From an uncultured Enterobacterales bacterium (GTDB lineage: Bacteria > Myxococcota_A > UBA796 > CAJQPC01), in the NCBI GenBank assembly GCA_964604165.1, contig CAZRYF010000011.1, positions 21,552-85,551 of the forward strand: a DNA stretch of 64,000 bases, given 5' to 3'. Made by a program: the position numbers and the translations under genes. Shown piece after piece: positions 1 to 7,830 of this stretch; the first letter of the stretch is position 1, and every line of letters starts with the position of its first letter. The notes beneath the pieces were generated by a model. The model saw nothing but the letters and a program-made list of their open reading frames with translations, was not told the origin of the DNA and searched no databases.

Positions 1-630
1 GCCTCTCCGCCGGAGCTTCCCAGCGAGCAGGAGGCCATCGAGGCCCTCCTGCGCATCACTCTGGCCCACGGCGCTCCCATGACGGTCAATGATCTCGCCG
101 CATTCTCTGGTGTCGGAAAGAGACTTCTCAAGGGCGCCCTGGACGCGATGGGTGCGGAGTCCGTGGAGGTGGACGGGTTCAAGCACCCTGCGTTCTCCCT
201 AAAGGGACAAGCGGATGGGCTCCTGGAGGCCTCTCCACCCGCAGGGGTGCACTTCCTCCCCATCCGGGACCCGTACCTGGATGTACGGGAGAGCCTCGCG
301 TGCCTGGTCCACCCGAAATTCCACGGCCTCACCCTGGACTTGGGTCCACGGGGAGGCAAACCCCTGGGACAGACCGCCCGCATCTTCTTTCGCACCCTCT
401 TGGTGGACGGCCGAATCGTTGGGTTGTGGGAATTCGACGAAGAGACCCAGAGCGTAGCCTGGGGCCTCTTTGAATCGCTTCCAGCCAAGCGGAAAGAGCA
501 GGTAGGGAAAGAGGCAGACGCACTGGGAAAGTGGATGGCCGAGACGCTGGGCCATGCCAAGGTGTACCCGGCGGACTCCCCGCGCTACCGGGCCCAACGG
601 GTGGAGGCGGTCCAGAAGCTGGACACCTGA
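1..630 (+). CDS. Winged-helix DNA-binding protein, YcaQ/DUF1006-like (5' end outside window)
   Basis: Frame 1 is open from nt 1 (ASPPELPSEQEAIEALL...) into ORF 79..630. The C-terminal block LLVDGRIVGLWEFDEETQ...LGKWMAETLG resembles YcaQ-family wHTH proteins. The TGA stop shares 1 nt with the next ATG. Confidence 0.55.
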   Translation, partial: ASPPELPSEQEAIEALLRITLAHGAPMTVNDLAAFSGVGKRLLKGALDAMGAESVEVDGFKHPAFSLKGQADGLLEASPPAGVHFLPIRDPYLDVRESLACLVHPKFHGLTLDLGPRGGKPLGQTARIFFRTLLVDGRIVGLWEFDEETQSVAWGLFESLPAKRKEQVGKEADALGKWMAETLGHAKVYPADSPRYRAQRVEAVQKLDT

Positions 631-2012
631 TGGCACCCCGACAGCGTTTCGGCCCGCCGCGGTGGCCGAAGAAGGACTGCCCCCGTACACTCCACTTGAT
701 GCTTCTTCTCTTCGCGCTTCTACCCGCCTGCAACGAGACCAAGCTACGGGCGTTTGAGCCCTCCATCTCCGTCGCCCCCCTGGAGCGCGACTTTGGACTG
801 GTGCCCTTTGGCGAGATCGCAGAGGAGCACTTCGTGGTCTCCAACATCGGGCGCGGCACCTTGTTGGTGGAGGAGCTCGTCAGCTCTGACCCGGAGAGCT
901 GGGTGCCTTCCCTGGAGAACTGGACCATTCGACCCGGTGGTGCCGAGACCCTGGTGGTGGCCTACCACAGCGCCGAGGAGACCCTGAACCGCGGACGGGT
1001 GGAGTTGATCTCCAACGACACGGGAAACAACAAGGTCCACCTCGCCCTGCTGGCGGGCATCGCGCCTCCCTTGGCGGAGATCGAGTCCCCTTCCACAGGG
1101 AGCGTCTTCGACTTGAAGCCGATCGCGTTCGATGGGGACGTGGACGACGAGGACGACGGGCCGGAGGGGCTGGAGATCCTCTGGGAGTCCAGCCTGGACG
1201 GCATTCTCAACGGAGACGACGCCAACGAGCATGGCATGCTTGGTTTTGAACGAGGGCTCTCTCCAGGGCAGCACACCATCACCCTCTCCGCCACGGACCC
1301 AGACGGCCAGACCGCCACGGACTCTGTGGATCTTGAGATCTGTCCCTGGCTCGAGCCATTGACGTTTGAAGACCCACTGGGAGAGGGAGACTGGACCCTG
1401 ACCGGAACCGCCTTTCGCACAGAAGAGGGCTGGCTGGAGCTCACCGGCCTCGTGCAGCACGCGGTGGGTGGCGCCTTTCGAACCTCCTCTCCCGTCAGCA
1501 CGGTCGACCTGCAGGTCACAATGCGGTTCGCCACCGGGGGCGGAGAAGGCCTCGGGGCGGATGGGTTTGCCATGAGCCTGGCCCGGGAAGACAGCCCCTC
1601 CCAGCTGGGGGATGCGGGCGGGTGCCTCGGCTATGGGGCGGGGGATGGATGCAGTGAAGCAAATGGCGCCGCCATTACCGGACTTCAGGTGGAAATCGAC
1701 ACCTACCCCAACCCCTGGGACCCCAGCCCCGAGAACCACCTTGCCGTCACACTGGATGGGGAACAGTCGACGTACTTTCTCTCGGATGTGATCGACCCCA
1801 TCGAGGACTTGGAGTGGCACGACCTGACGGTACGACTCGAGGCGCCCCGGGTGCAGGTCTGGCTGGATGGGGACCTGCGCATGGACGGCGATGTGGACGG
1901 ATTCACGGATTTCACCGGCTATGTCGGTTTCACCGCCAGCACGGGCGACGACACGAACTACCACCGGATTGACGATCTACACGTTGAAACAAACTGCCCC
2001 TCCGGAAGATAA
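630..2012 (+). CDS. Lipoprotein with C-terminal L-type (legume/ConA-like) lectin domain
   Basis: ORF 531..2012 trimmed to ATG 630. The lipobox is LLLFALLPAC. The C-terminal ~230 aa (ADGFAMSL, GLQVEIDTYPNPWDP, NHLAVTLDG, YVGFTASTGDDTNYHRIDDL) look like a lectin/glucanase fold. Confidence 0.7.
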   Translation: MAPRQRFGPPRWPKKDCPRTLHLMLLLFALLPACNETKLRAFEPSISVAPLERDFGLVPFGEIAEEHFVVSNIGRGTLLVEELVSSDPESWVPSLENWTIRPGGAETLVVAYHSAEETLNRGRVELISNDTGNNKVHLALLAGIAPPLAEIESPSTGSVFDLKPIAFDGDVDDEDDGPEGLEILWESSLDGILNGDDANEHGMLGFERGLSPGQHTITLSATDPDGQTATDSVDLEICPWLEPLTFEDPLGEGDWTLTGTAFRTEEGWLELTGLVQHAVGGAFRTSSPVSTVDLQVTMRFATGGGEGLGADGFAMSLAREDSPSQLGDAGGCLGYGAGDGCSEANGAAITGLQVEIDTYPNPWDPSPENHLAVTLDGEQSTYFLSDVIDPIEDLEWHDLTVRLEAPRVQVWLDGDLRMDGDVDGFTDFTGYVGFTASTGDDTNYHRIDDLHVETNCPSGR

Positions 2013-2025
2013 ATCAATTTTGGTG

Positions 2026-2054
2026 TTGACAGGTCAAGTTTTTTCGTTCATAAG
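2026..2054 (+). promoter_or_regulatory. Sigma-70-like promoter candidate for 2087..2389
   Basis: TTGACA (2026-2031), 17 nt spacer, CATAAG (2049-2054), all in an unusually AT-rich patch. A GAGAGGGA Shine-Dalgarno lies about 8 nt before ATG 2087. Confidence 0.35.
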
Positions 2055-2086
2055 GCGTTCAACTCCAACCCGAGAGGGACGTCAAG

Positions 2087-2389
2087 ATGACCGAGCCAGC
2101 GACCATCGAGATTGAGTTTCCAACCCAAGGCCCCGCCCACACGCAGACCCTGCGGGCCATGGCCCACCTGCAACACCTGGAGGACGAGTCCTACCGGGTG
2201 GAGCCTTTGGTGCGAGCCCACGGGCGCCTGGAGGGAGCCCACTCCCCCCTGGCCGCAGATGCAGGGAGCTTTGTGCTGCGAATTCACCTGGGAGCGCTGG
2301 CCGAGCGTTCCTGGGAGATCCTCCAGCGCCGGGTGCTGGAGCCTCTCGGCGCCCTGGACGTGGAGGTCCGCCAGGTCGCCTTGGCCTAG
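2087..2389 (+). CDS. Hypothetical small protein (100 aa)
   Basis: Complete ORF with a Shine-Dalgarno and GC-rich third codon positions. No family recognised. Confidence 0.55.
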   Translation: MTEPATIEIEFPTQGPAHTQTLRAMAHLQHLEDESYRVEPLVRAHGRLEGAHSPLAADAGSFVLRIHLGALAERSWEILQRRVLEPLGALDVEVRQVALA

Positions 2390-2404
2390 GAGGCTGTAGG
2401 GCGT
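2386..2404 (+). repeat. Solo partial copy of the 22-nt arm of the 43435..43597 inverted-repeat element
   Basis: CTAGGAGGCTGTAG(G)GC(G)T matches CTAGGAGGCTGTAGCGCAT at 43435. It overlaps the TAG stop of 2087..2389. I found no inverted partner nearby. Confidence 0.5.
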
Positions 2405-2494
2405 AGAAGCTGCGATGAACTCCACAGTCAAGGGCGCAACGCCGCCAGCTTCTGGAAAGAGCGGTCTCCATCCATTCCATCATTCACCTGGAAC

Positions 2495-3547
2495 TCACGC
2501 AGAGAAGCTCGGGAGATTCCACAAATCCCTGGGAAGGGAGGGGCCCGCAACAAAGACATACTCCACGTTCTTGGTGTGGCTGACCTCTCCCACCTTTTCA
2601 CCTGCGGGATTGTGAATTCCAATTCGGGCCCCCACATACCGCCGATAAGGGAGCGCCAACACCACCACGTCGCCTCGGGGAGAGAGCATTTCCTCCATCT
2701 CCGAACGAGAAACAAAGCCCTCGTCGCTGAACGAAACCACCACATACCGTGCGCGGACCGCCTGGATCACCTCCTGCAACGCCTCCTTGGCGCCCAGCCG
2801 TGAGTTGAAGGCGGAGCGACGGTCCCGGCAGTCCACACGCTTGCAGGCCACGCCGTAGACCTCGGGCTTGTCCCACCGGACCAGGCTCTCCCACACGTGG
2901 TAATTCCCCAGGTACTTGTGCTGGTTGTAAGGAGGATCCAAATAAGCCAGGTCCACCTCCACGGAACGAGCTGCCTCCAGGGCATCCAGCTCCAGGGCCA
3001 GCCCCTTTCCGGCAGGTGCACAAGACCTCAACGCCGGCAACCGCAGCTCGAGGTCCTTGTGGGACCGCTTCGCCCACTGTTTCAGATAGGCCATTTGCAC
3101 ACCGGTGGTGGAGTCCACCCGATCCGCCGCCTCCATGAGGGACACCAACAACACAGCCTCTTCTTCTGCATCCAGGTTCAGATCTGCGATGCCCTCTCGA
3201 ATGGCGTCTACGCGGGCACCGTTGTGGGGTTGAAAGAAACGAGACTTCTCGCAAAAGGTGTGGGTGAACCAGCCAGGTTTCGGTGGAAGTCCCGACAAGT
3301 CTGCGAGCCTCTCTGTCGCCAGCGCACGGTGGTCCTCCAGGTCGGCCTGCACGTAGCACCGGGCCAGGGTGGCCGCATAGCGGTTGTGGTCGTTGGACAA
3401 GACCCGTAGCCCAGCTCCTTTCAGTGCATGGCCCACACGGGAGGTGCCACTGAAGAGGTCCAGCACGCTGGAAACATCCTCAAAAGCACCCACCAACTCC
3501 AGGAGCGCAGGGACAAGCAGGCGTTTCGAACCGAGGTACTTGATCAC
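2495..3547 (-). CDS. D12-class (Dam-like) N6-adenine DNA methyltransferase, no adjacent endonuclease
   Basis: Motifs IKYLGSKRLL, DLFSGT and the catalytic DPPY (LAYLDPPYNQHKYLG). The (SA)n N-terminal extension in the ORF track is the antisense of the Asp-Ala repeat of the divergent gene. The start is ambiguous: GTG 3547 (MIKYLGSK) is preferred, while ATG 3625 would overlap the divergent ATG 3624. Confidence 0.85.
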   Translation of the reverse strand: MIKYLGSKRLLVPALLELVGAFEDVSSVLDLFSGTSRVGHALKGAGLRVLSNDHNRYAATLARCYVQADLEDHRALATERLADLSGLPPKPGWFTHTFCEKSRFFQPHNGARVDAIREGIADLNLDAEEEAVLLVSLMEAADRVDSTTGVQMAYLKQWAKRSHKDLELRLPALRSCAPAGKGLALELDALEAARSVEVDLAYLDPPYNQHKYLGNYHVWESLVRWDKPEVYGVACKRVDCRDRRSAFNSRLGAKEALQEVIQAVRARYVVVSFSDEGFVSRSEMEEMLSPRGDVVVLALPYRRYVGARIGIHNPAGEKVGEVSHTKNVEYVFVAGPSLPRDLWNLPSFSA

Positions 3548-3623
3548 TTCTACACGCGGAACCCGCCCCCCTGTGGTTTCACCGGTTAAGCTGGCTGCCG
3601 AACCAAGGCCAAGGAGACCTTTC

Positions 3624-4649
3624 ATGCGCCCGCACCACCTCGCCCTTCTGCTCGCCCTTCCCTTTGCCATGCTTGCCTCTTGTACGGGCAAAACTGTGGA
3701 CACCGCTGACACGGAGGCAGATGCCGACACGGACGCCGACGCCGATGCCGATGCGGACGCCGATGCGGACGCGGATGCGGACGCCGATGCCGACGCCGAT
3801 GCCGATGCCGACGCCGATGCGGACCCTGCTCCCCCCACGGCCGATGCCGGTGACGATCAAACTGTGACCCTTGGCTACACGGTCCGCCTGGACGGCTCGG
3901 CAAGCTCGGATCCAAACGAGGAGGACGAGATCTCCTTCAACTGGACCCTTGTGACAGTCCCCACCGACAGCGCATTGGTGGAAGCGGACATCAACGACCC
4001 GGTAGGCGAGTTCGCGTCCTTCACCCCGGACGTCCTGGGAGACTACAGCTTCCAGTTGGAGGTCTCAGACGGCACGGCCTCGGACGCCGACACGGCCAAC
4101 GTGACCGTGGAAGCCGCCTCCACAACTGACAATGGAAGCTGCACCGGAAACGCCACGGACGGCACGGTCTTGACTATATCCACCGGCAACGATGACATGG
4201 TCTTCGACAACTTTGCCTGGACCCTCACCCAAAACGACACCCGCATTTTCTTTGTAGGATTCATGGAGGGCCAGACCGAAGATGCCTGTGCCCTGGTGCA
4301 GAGCAACCTCTCCCACGCCTACAACGCCGACTTCTACGTGTATGGCGCCCTCAAGGAAGATGAGCCCCTCTTCACCAACGGCAGCAGCATCGCGTGGTTT
4401 GAGCCGCCCTCCAGCTACCCGAGCCAGTCGGACGTGGACGGTTGGATCACCTTCGTAGATCGCGCCCTGGACACCGAGTCCCAGTCCAAGTCCGAGGGAG
4501 GAAACGGTTCCCCGGGAACCCTCTCCCTCTACACGGCTGAGGGGGAGATCCGGGTGACGGACAACACCATTGCCATGGACTCCTCCATGACCGGAACAGG
4601 TGGATTCTCAGGTTGTTACTGCGCAAACGCGGACCAAATCCTGTTTTAG
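3624..4649 (+). CDS. Lipoprotein with (Asp-Ala)n linker and PKD-like domain
   Basis: ORF 3384..4649 trimmed to ATG 3624. MRPHHLALLLALPFAMLASC is the lipobox. A long DADADA linker follows, then a PKD-like module (DAGDDQTVTLG..VRLDGSASSDP..ISFNWTL..GDYSFQLEVSDG) and about 170 aa of unknown domain. Confidence 0.75.
   Translation: MRPHHLALLLALPFAMLASCTGKTVDTADTEADADTDADADADADADADADADADADADADADADADPAPPTADAGDDQTVTLGYTVRLDGSASSDPNEEDEISFNWTLVTVPTDSALVEADINDPVGEFASFTPDVLGDYSFQLEVSDGTASDADTANVTVEAASTTDNGSCTGNATDGTVLTISTGNDDMVFDNFAWTLTQNDTRIFFVGFMEGQTEDACALVQSNLSHAYNADFYVYGALKEDEPLFTNGSSIAWFEPPSSYPSQSDVDGWITFVDRALDTESQSKSEGGNGSPGTLSLYTAEGEIRVTDNTIAMDSSMTGTGGFSGCYCANADQILF
3717..3824 (+). repeat. Coding tandem repeat, GAY-GCN period 6 nt, encoding (Asp-Ala)n
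   Basis: gcagatgccgacacggacgccgacgccgatgcc...gatgcggac read directly from the sequence. It generates spurious SA-, RI- and PM-rich ORFs in the other frames and on the other strand. Confidence 0.9.
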
Positions 4650-4660
4650 GAACCCTTGAT

Positions 4661-5128
4661 TTGCTGTATTTCGCGTATGGATCCAACACGGATCCCAAGA
4701 GAATGCAGGATCGATGCCCCGGGGCGGCGCGAGTCAGCACCGCCTGGCTGGGCCAGGTCCGGCTGACCTACGGAGGTCCGTCCAAGTCTTGGAAGGGGGG
4801 CGTCGCCACCGTGGTGGCGAGTCCCATTCGAGGCGCCCGGATCCCCGGCGTCTTGTGGGAAATCACAGATAAGCATCAACATGCCCTGGACGTCGTGGAG
4901 GGTCACCCGAACTTCTATGTGCGAAAGGACGTGACGGTGGAGGGGGAAGACGGTCCAGTACAAGCGTTTGCCTACGTGCTGGCGGGGGATGTTCCCTGGT
5001 ACCCACCCACGGTGGAATACCTGGCGGCCTTGAAGGCCGGGTATGCCGCCAACGGGTGGAACACCGCCTCCATTCCCAACCACCCTGAAAACACGGAAGA
5101 GGCGGCCCTGCGTTTTCGTCGAGACTAA
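4661..5128 (+). CDS. Gamma-glutamylcyclotransferase / AIG2-like family protein
   Basis: LYFAYGSNTDPKRM, then GVLWEI...ALDVVEGHPNFY.R..V. Start TTG 4661 chosen (MLYFAYGSN). The ORF-track start at 4613 overlaps the upstream gene. Confidence 0.7.
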   Translation: MLYFAYGSNTDPKRMQDRCPGAARVSTAWLGQVRLTYGGPSKSWKGGVATVVASPIRGARIPGVLWEITDKHQHALDVVEGHPNFYVRKDVTVEGEDGPVQAFAYVLAGDVPWYPPTVEYLAALKAGYAANGWNTASIPNHPENTEEAALRFRRD

Positions 5129-5140
5129 AGAACCTGCAAA

Positions 5141-5752
5141 ATGCGAATGAAGCGTCCCATTGACCTGCACAAGGGCCTCACGGCCCTTGTGGTGCTGTCA
5201 CTGATGGCGATCTACGACAACTTCACCCTGGGCCCCTGGGTCTACCTGGCCCTTCACGGCACTTACGGCGCCATGTGGGTCCTGAAGAGCAGAACCTTTC
5301 CGGATCCAAACTGGGAAGAGGTCGTGCCCGTGTGGAAGGGGATCGGGGTCTTCTTCGCGCTGCTGCTCTACTGGGTGGCGCCCTTTCTGCTGGTGAGCAG
5401 CGGCAAGGTCCCCTCTCCAGCCCTGGTGTGTGGTGCTGTGGCGGCCAACGCTCTCGGCACGTGCCTGCACTTTGCTTCTGACGCCCAAAAGTATTTTGTG
5501 CTCCAAGCCCGACGGGGCCTCATCACAGATGGGTTCTTTTCCCGCACAAGAAATCCAAACTACCTGGGAGAAATCCTCATCTACGGCTCATTCGCGGCTC
5601 TCTCCATGCACTGGCTCCCGTGGCTCATCTGTGCCCTGTTCTGGGGCGCCGTCTTTCTTCCAAACATGCGAAAGAAAGACCGCTCGATGTCTCGATATGA
5701 TTCCTGGAACGACTACGCCGCCCGCACGGGAATGTTGTTGCCTCGGCCATGA
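5141..5752 (+). CDS. DUF1295 / steroid-5-alpha-reductase- or ICMT-like membrane protein
   Basis: Multi-TM protein with FSRTRNPNYLGEILIY and a C-terminal RYD.W..Y motif. Confidence 0.65.
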   Translation: MRMKRPIDLHKGLTALVVLSLMAIYDNFTLGPWVYLALHGTYGAMWVLKSRTFPDPNWEEVVPVWKGIGVFFALLLYWVAPFLLVSSGKVPSPALVCGAVAANALGTCLHFASDAQKYFVLQARRGLITDGFFSRTRNPNYLGEILIYGSFAALSMHWLPWLICALFWGAVFLPNMRKKDRSMSRYDSWNDYAARTGMLLPRP

Positions 5753-6372
5753 TGGTGTGGCTCCTTGTGTCCATCTCCCTCGGGGAGACACCTCCACCTG
5801 CCAGGGGGGAGTCCGTGGGAGAGCCCGTGGGGACTCCCGTGGGGACTCCAGTAGGAAGCACCGTGGGGGAGGGGGTGGGCCTACCGGTGGAGATGACTCC
5901 AGTGATTGGCGAGCGGCTGACACCTGAGCAAGTCGTAGAAGAACCCCTGGACCTCGAACAAGCCGCCCGGCACGCGATCGAGGCCCTCTGTCACGCCCGC
6001 GACGCCACCCACATGGCCCAACTGGTGGCCCCTTTTATGGTGCGTCACTCCAATGGAGTCACCTTGGAGTCCCCCCCTTCCAGCGCCGACCTCGCGCGGC
6101 TCTACGGAGCCTTCGCCGACATCCAGGTCAATGTACACACCGTGCTGGTTGAGGCCGACCGAGTGGCATTACAGAGCACCTGGTCTGTACGCACCGACGT
6201 GGCCGCGGAGCCCGCATCCTTTAGCGTGGCGCTGACCGGTCGGTTTGAGAACGGACAGCTCGTGGAGACCTGGGAGACCTGGGACAGGTCGGTGGTGGAG
6301 ACGATCCTGGAGACTCCGGCTCCACCGTCTCGCAGGGCTATCCTCCCGCGGCGGCGATCAACAAGGCCCTGA
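5749..6372 (+). CDS. SnoaL/NTF2-like (ester cyclase-like) protein with short Pro-Val-Gly repeat N-terminus
   Basis: ATGATG overlap with the upstream stop. EPVGTPVGTPVGSTVGEGVG repeat. The C-terminal part (VRHSNG...LYGAFADIQVNVHTVLVEADRVALQSTW...FENGQLVETWETWD) looks like an NTF2-like fold. Confidence 0.55.
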   Translation: MMVWLLVSISLGETPPPARGESVGEPVGTPVGTPVGSTVGEGVGLPVEMTPVIGERLTPEQVVEEPLDLEQAARHAIEALCHARDATHMAQLVAPFMVRHSNGVTLESPPSSADLARLYGAFADIQVNVHTVLVEADRVALQSTWSVRTDVAAEPASFSVALTGRFENGQLVETWETWDRSVVETILETPAPPSRRAILPRRRSTRP

Positions 6373-7036
6373 GAGCCTCGTAGTTGGTTGCGTCTGGCAT
6401 GCCGTCTCCATCGGTGTCCTGGGTCAACTCAGTCTCCCCGAGGCTGTTTCCCGTGAGGTTGAAGACCCCCACCTGGACATTCTCACCATCGAGGATCACC
6501 ACATCCCGATAGGTGATTGCCCAGTCGTGCCAGACATCCACAGCTTCGGTGTCTTGCAGTAGTGGTAGATCGTGTTCGTCCGTGGCGAGCACCACAGCGT
6601 CCTGCTGATCAGGAGGACCGAAACCATCCTCGTTGATGGCCAGGAGGACAATGTCCAGATGAGGTCGATCCCTGGCGATCTCCTCTTGCAGAGCGTCCAG
6701 GTAGCCGAACTGGCTACGACAATACGCTCACGTGGCATGCATGAAATACCACCCGGAGACTTTTTGCATGTGATCTCGGGGGGATACAATCTGTAAATAC
6801 GTGGAAGACGTTGTGTTGAGGTCTTCCAGGCCGAAGTCCGGCATGGGGGGCTGGTTCGTGTCCGTGTCGCTGTCGGCGTCGGCGTCCGCGTCGGAATCAG
6901 CGTCCGCGTCAGTGTCGGCGTCAGAGTCGGCGTCCGCTTCTGAGCCCGTTTCGTTGGGGCGCGGCGCTTCTTTGCCTGTACAAGCCACACCAAGCCCGAA
7001 AAGTCCCATCCAGAGAAGTGGCAGCCGAACGTTCAT
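6338..7036 (-). CDS. Thioredoxin-fold (TlpA/redoxin-like) lipoprotein, candidate selenoprotein with U-x-x-C motif (in-frame TGA 6728-6730)
   Basis: ORFs 6728..7132 and 6338..6595 are in the same frame and joined by one TGA. The sequence reads ...KVSGWYFMHAT-U-AYCRSQFGYLDALQEEI...WAITYRDVVILDGENVQV. The lipobox is LFGLGVAC, followed by an acidic DA/DS/DT linker. No start codon or Shine-Dalgarno lies just after the TGA. A hairpin follows 10 nt downstream. Confidence 0.75.
6701..6730 (-). promoter_or_regulatory. UGA recoding site plus SECIS-like hairpin
   Basis: mRNA reads UGA GCGUAUUGUC GUAGCC-AGUUC-GGCUAC. It has a perfect 6-bp stem (6701-6717), a 5-nt loop with G at position 2, and the loop starts 16 nt after the UGA. 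Confidence 0.55.
6857..6940 (-). repeat. Coding acidic repeat (EADADSDADTDADADSDADADADSDTDT)
   Basis: Imperfect 6-nt periodic GAY-(GCN/TCN/ACN) array read from the sequence. Confidence 0.85.
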
Positions 7037-7830
7037 GAACGACCAGTATAGGGCCGACCCTCTCCATCCACCAGGCACAGGAAATCTCCGAACACTCTCT
7101 GGAAGGTCTTCGGGGCTTCCAGGTGGGCGCAATGTCCCGCATCCGGAATGTTCATGGCACGAGCTTGGGGGATTCTTCGCGCCATGTCCTCGGCAATGGC
7201 CCGAAACTTCCCGTCCTCCTCCCCAGAGAGAAGAAGCGTAGGCACTTCAATCCGATGGAGTTCCTTCCACACGGAAGGCATGACACCCGTTCCAACCCCC
7301 CTGAGGCTGGACGCCAATCCGCCCGCATGGTGCTCAGCCCGGCCCGCCCGCATCCTTTCCGCTGTGCCCCGGGCGATCCTCGCTTGGGACTGCACCATGG
7401 GGTGATGCCTCCACTCCCTGAGAAACGCCGCGGCCCCCAGAGACTCAATTCGATCTGCCAGAGCCCGATCAACGTCTGCTCTGGCCTGTCGTTCAAGGGG
7501 ATCTGACAGGCCGGCCGTCGCGCCCACACAGACAAGCCCAGCCAATCCCCTTGGCCGCCGGGTGGCCCAACTCAAGGCGATCCTGCCCCCGAAGGAGTAC
7601 CCCAGGACCACAAAGGCTCCCCATCCCAGCGATTCCACCTGGGCTTCCAATCCCCGGATCACAGCTTCCATTTCGACGGGGCCGTCTACAGGAACCGGCC
7701 CATGTCCCGGCAAGTCAGGGGCCACCCACTCCCTGTCCAAGTCCTCCAGCAGCGTCTGAAAGTCCGTCCCTCTTCCCGTGAAGCCATGCAGGGCCAACAC
7801 CGGCGTCCATTCCGAAGCCTCCCCCCTCAC
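7033..7830 (-). CDS. Alpha/beta hydrolase (MenH-like)
   Basis: LALHGFTGRG, the nucleophile elbow GYSFGG, and C-terminal AGHCAHLE. It has a GTGA overlap with the upstream gene and an ATGA overlap with the downstream Sec-thioredoxin gene. Confidence 0.8.
   Translation of the reverse strand: MRGEASEWTPVLALHGFTGRGTDFQTLLEDLDREWVAPDLPGHGPVPVDGPVEMEAVIRGLEAQVESLGWGAFVVLGYSFGGRIALSWATRRPRGLAGLVCVGATAGLSDPLERQARADVDRALADRIESLGAAAFLREWRHHPMVQSQARIARGTAERMRAGRAEHHAGGLASSLRGVGTGVMPSVWKELHRIEVPTLLLSGEEDGKFRAIAEDMARRIPQARAMNIPDAGHCAHLEAPKTFQRVFGDFLCLVDGEGRPYTGRS

Noticed and set aside
3548-3915. (SA)n N-terminal extension of ORF 2495..3838 and the repeat-rich ORFs 3579..3860, 3622..3915 and 3664..3867
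   Set aside because: All are alternative-frame or antisense readings of the (Asp-Ala)n coding repeat of the 3624..4649 lipoprotein. They are low-complexity, carry no independent start signals, and the methyltransferase homology begins only at IKYLGSK.
3717-6940. Acidic tandem repeats considered as possible CRISPR arrays
   Set aside because: The periodicity is 6 nt inside coding frames, with no 25-40 nt repeat/spacer alternation. No cas genes are present in the window.
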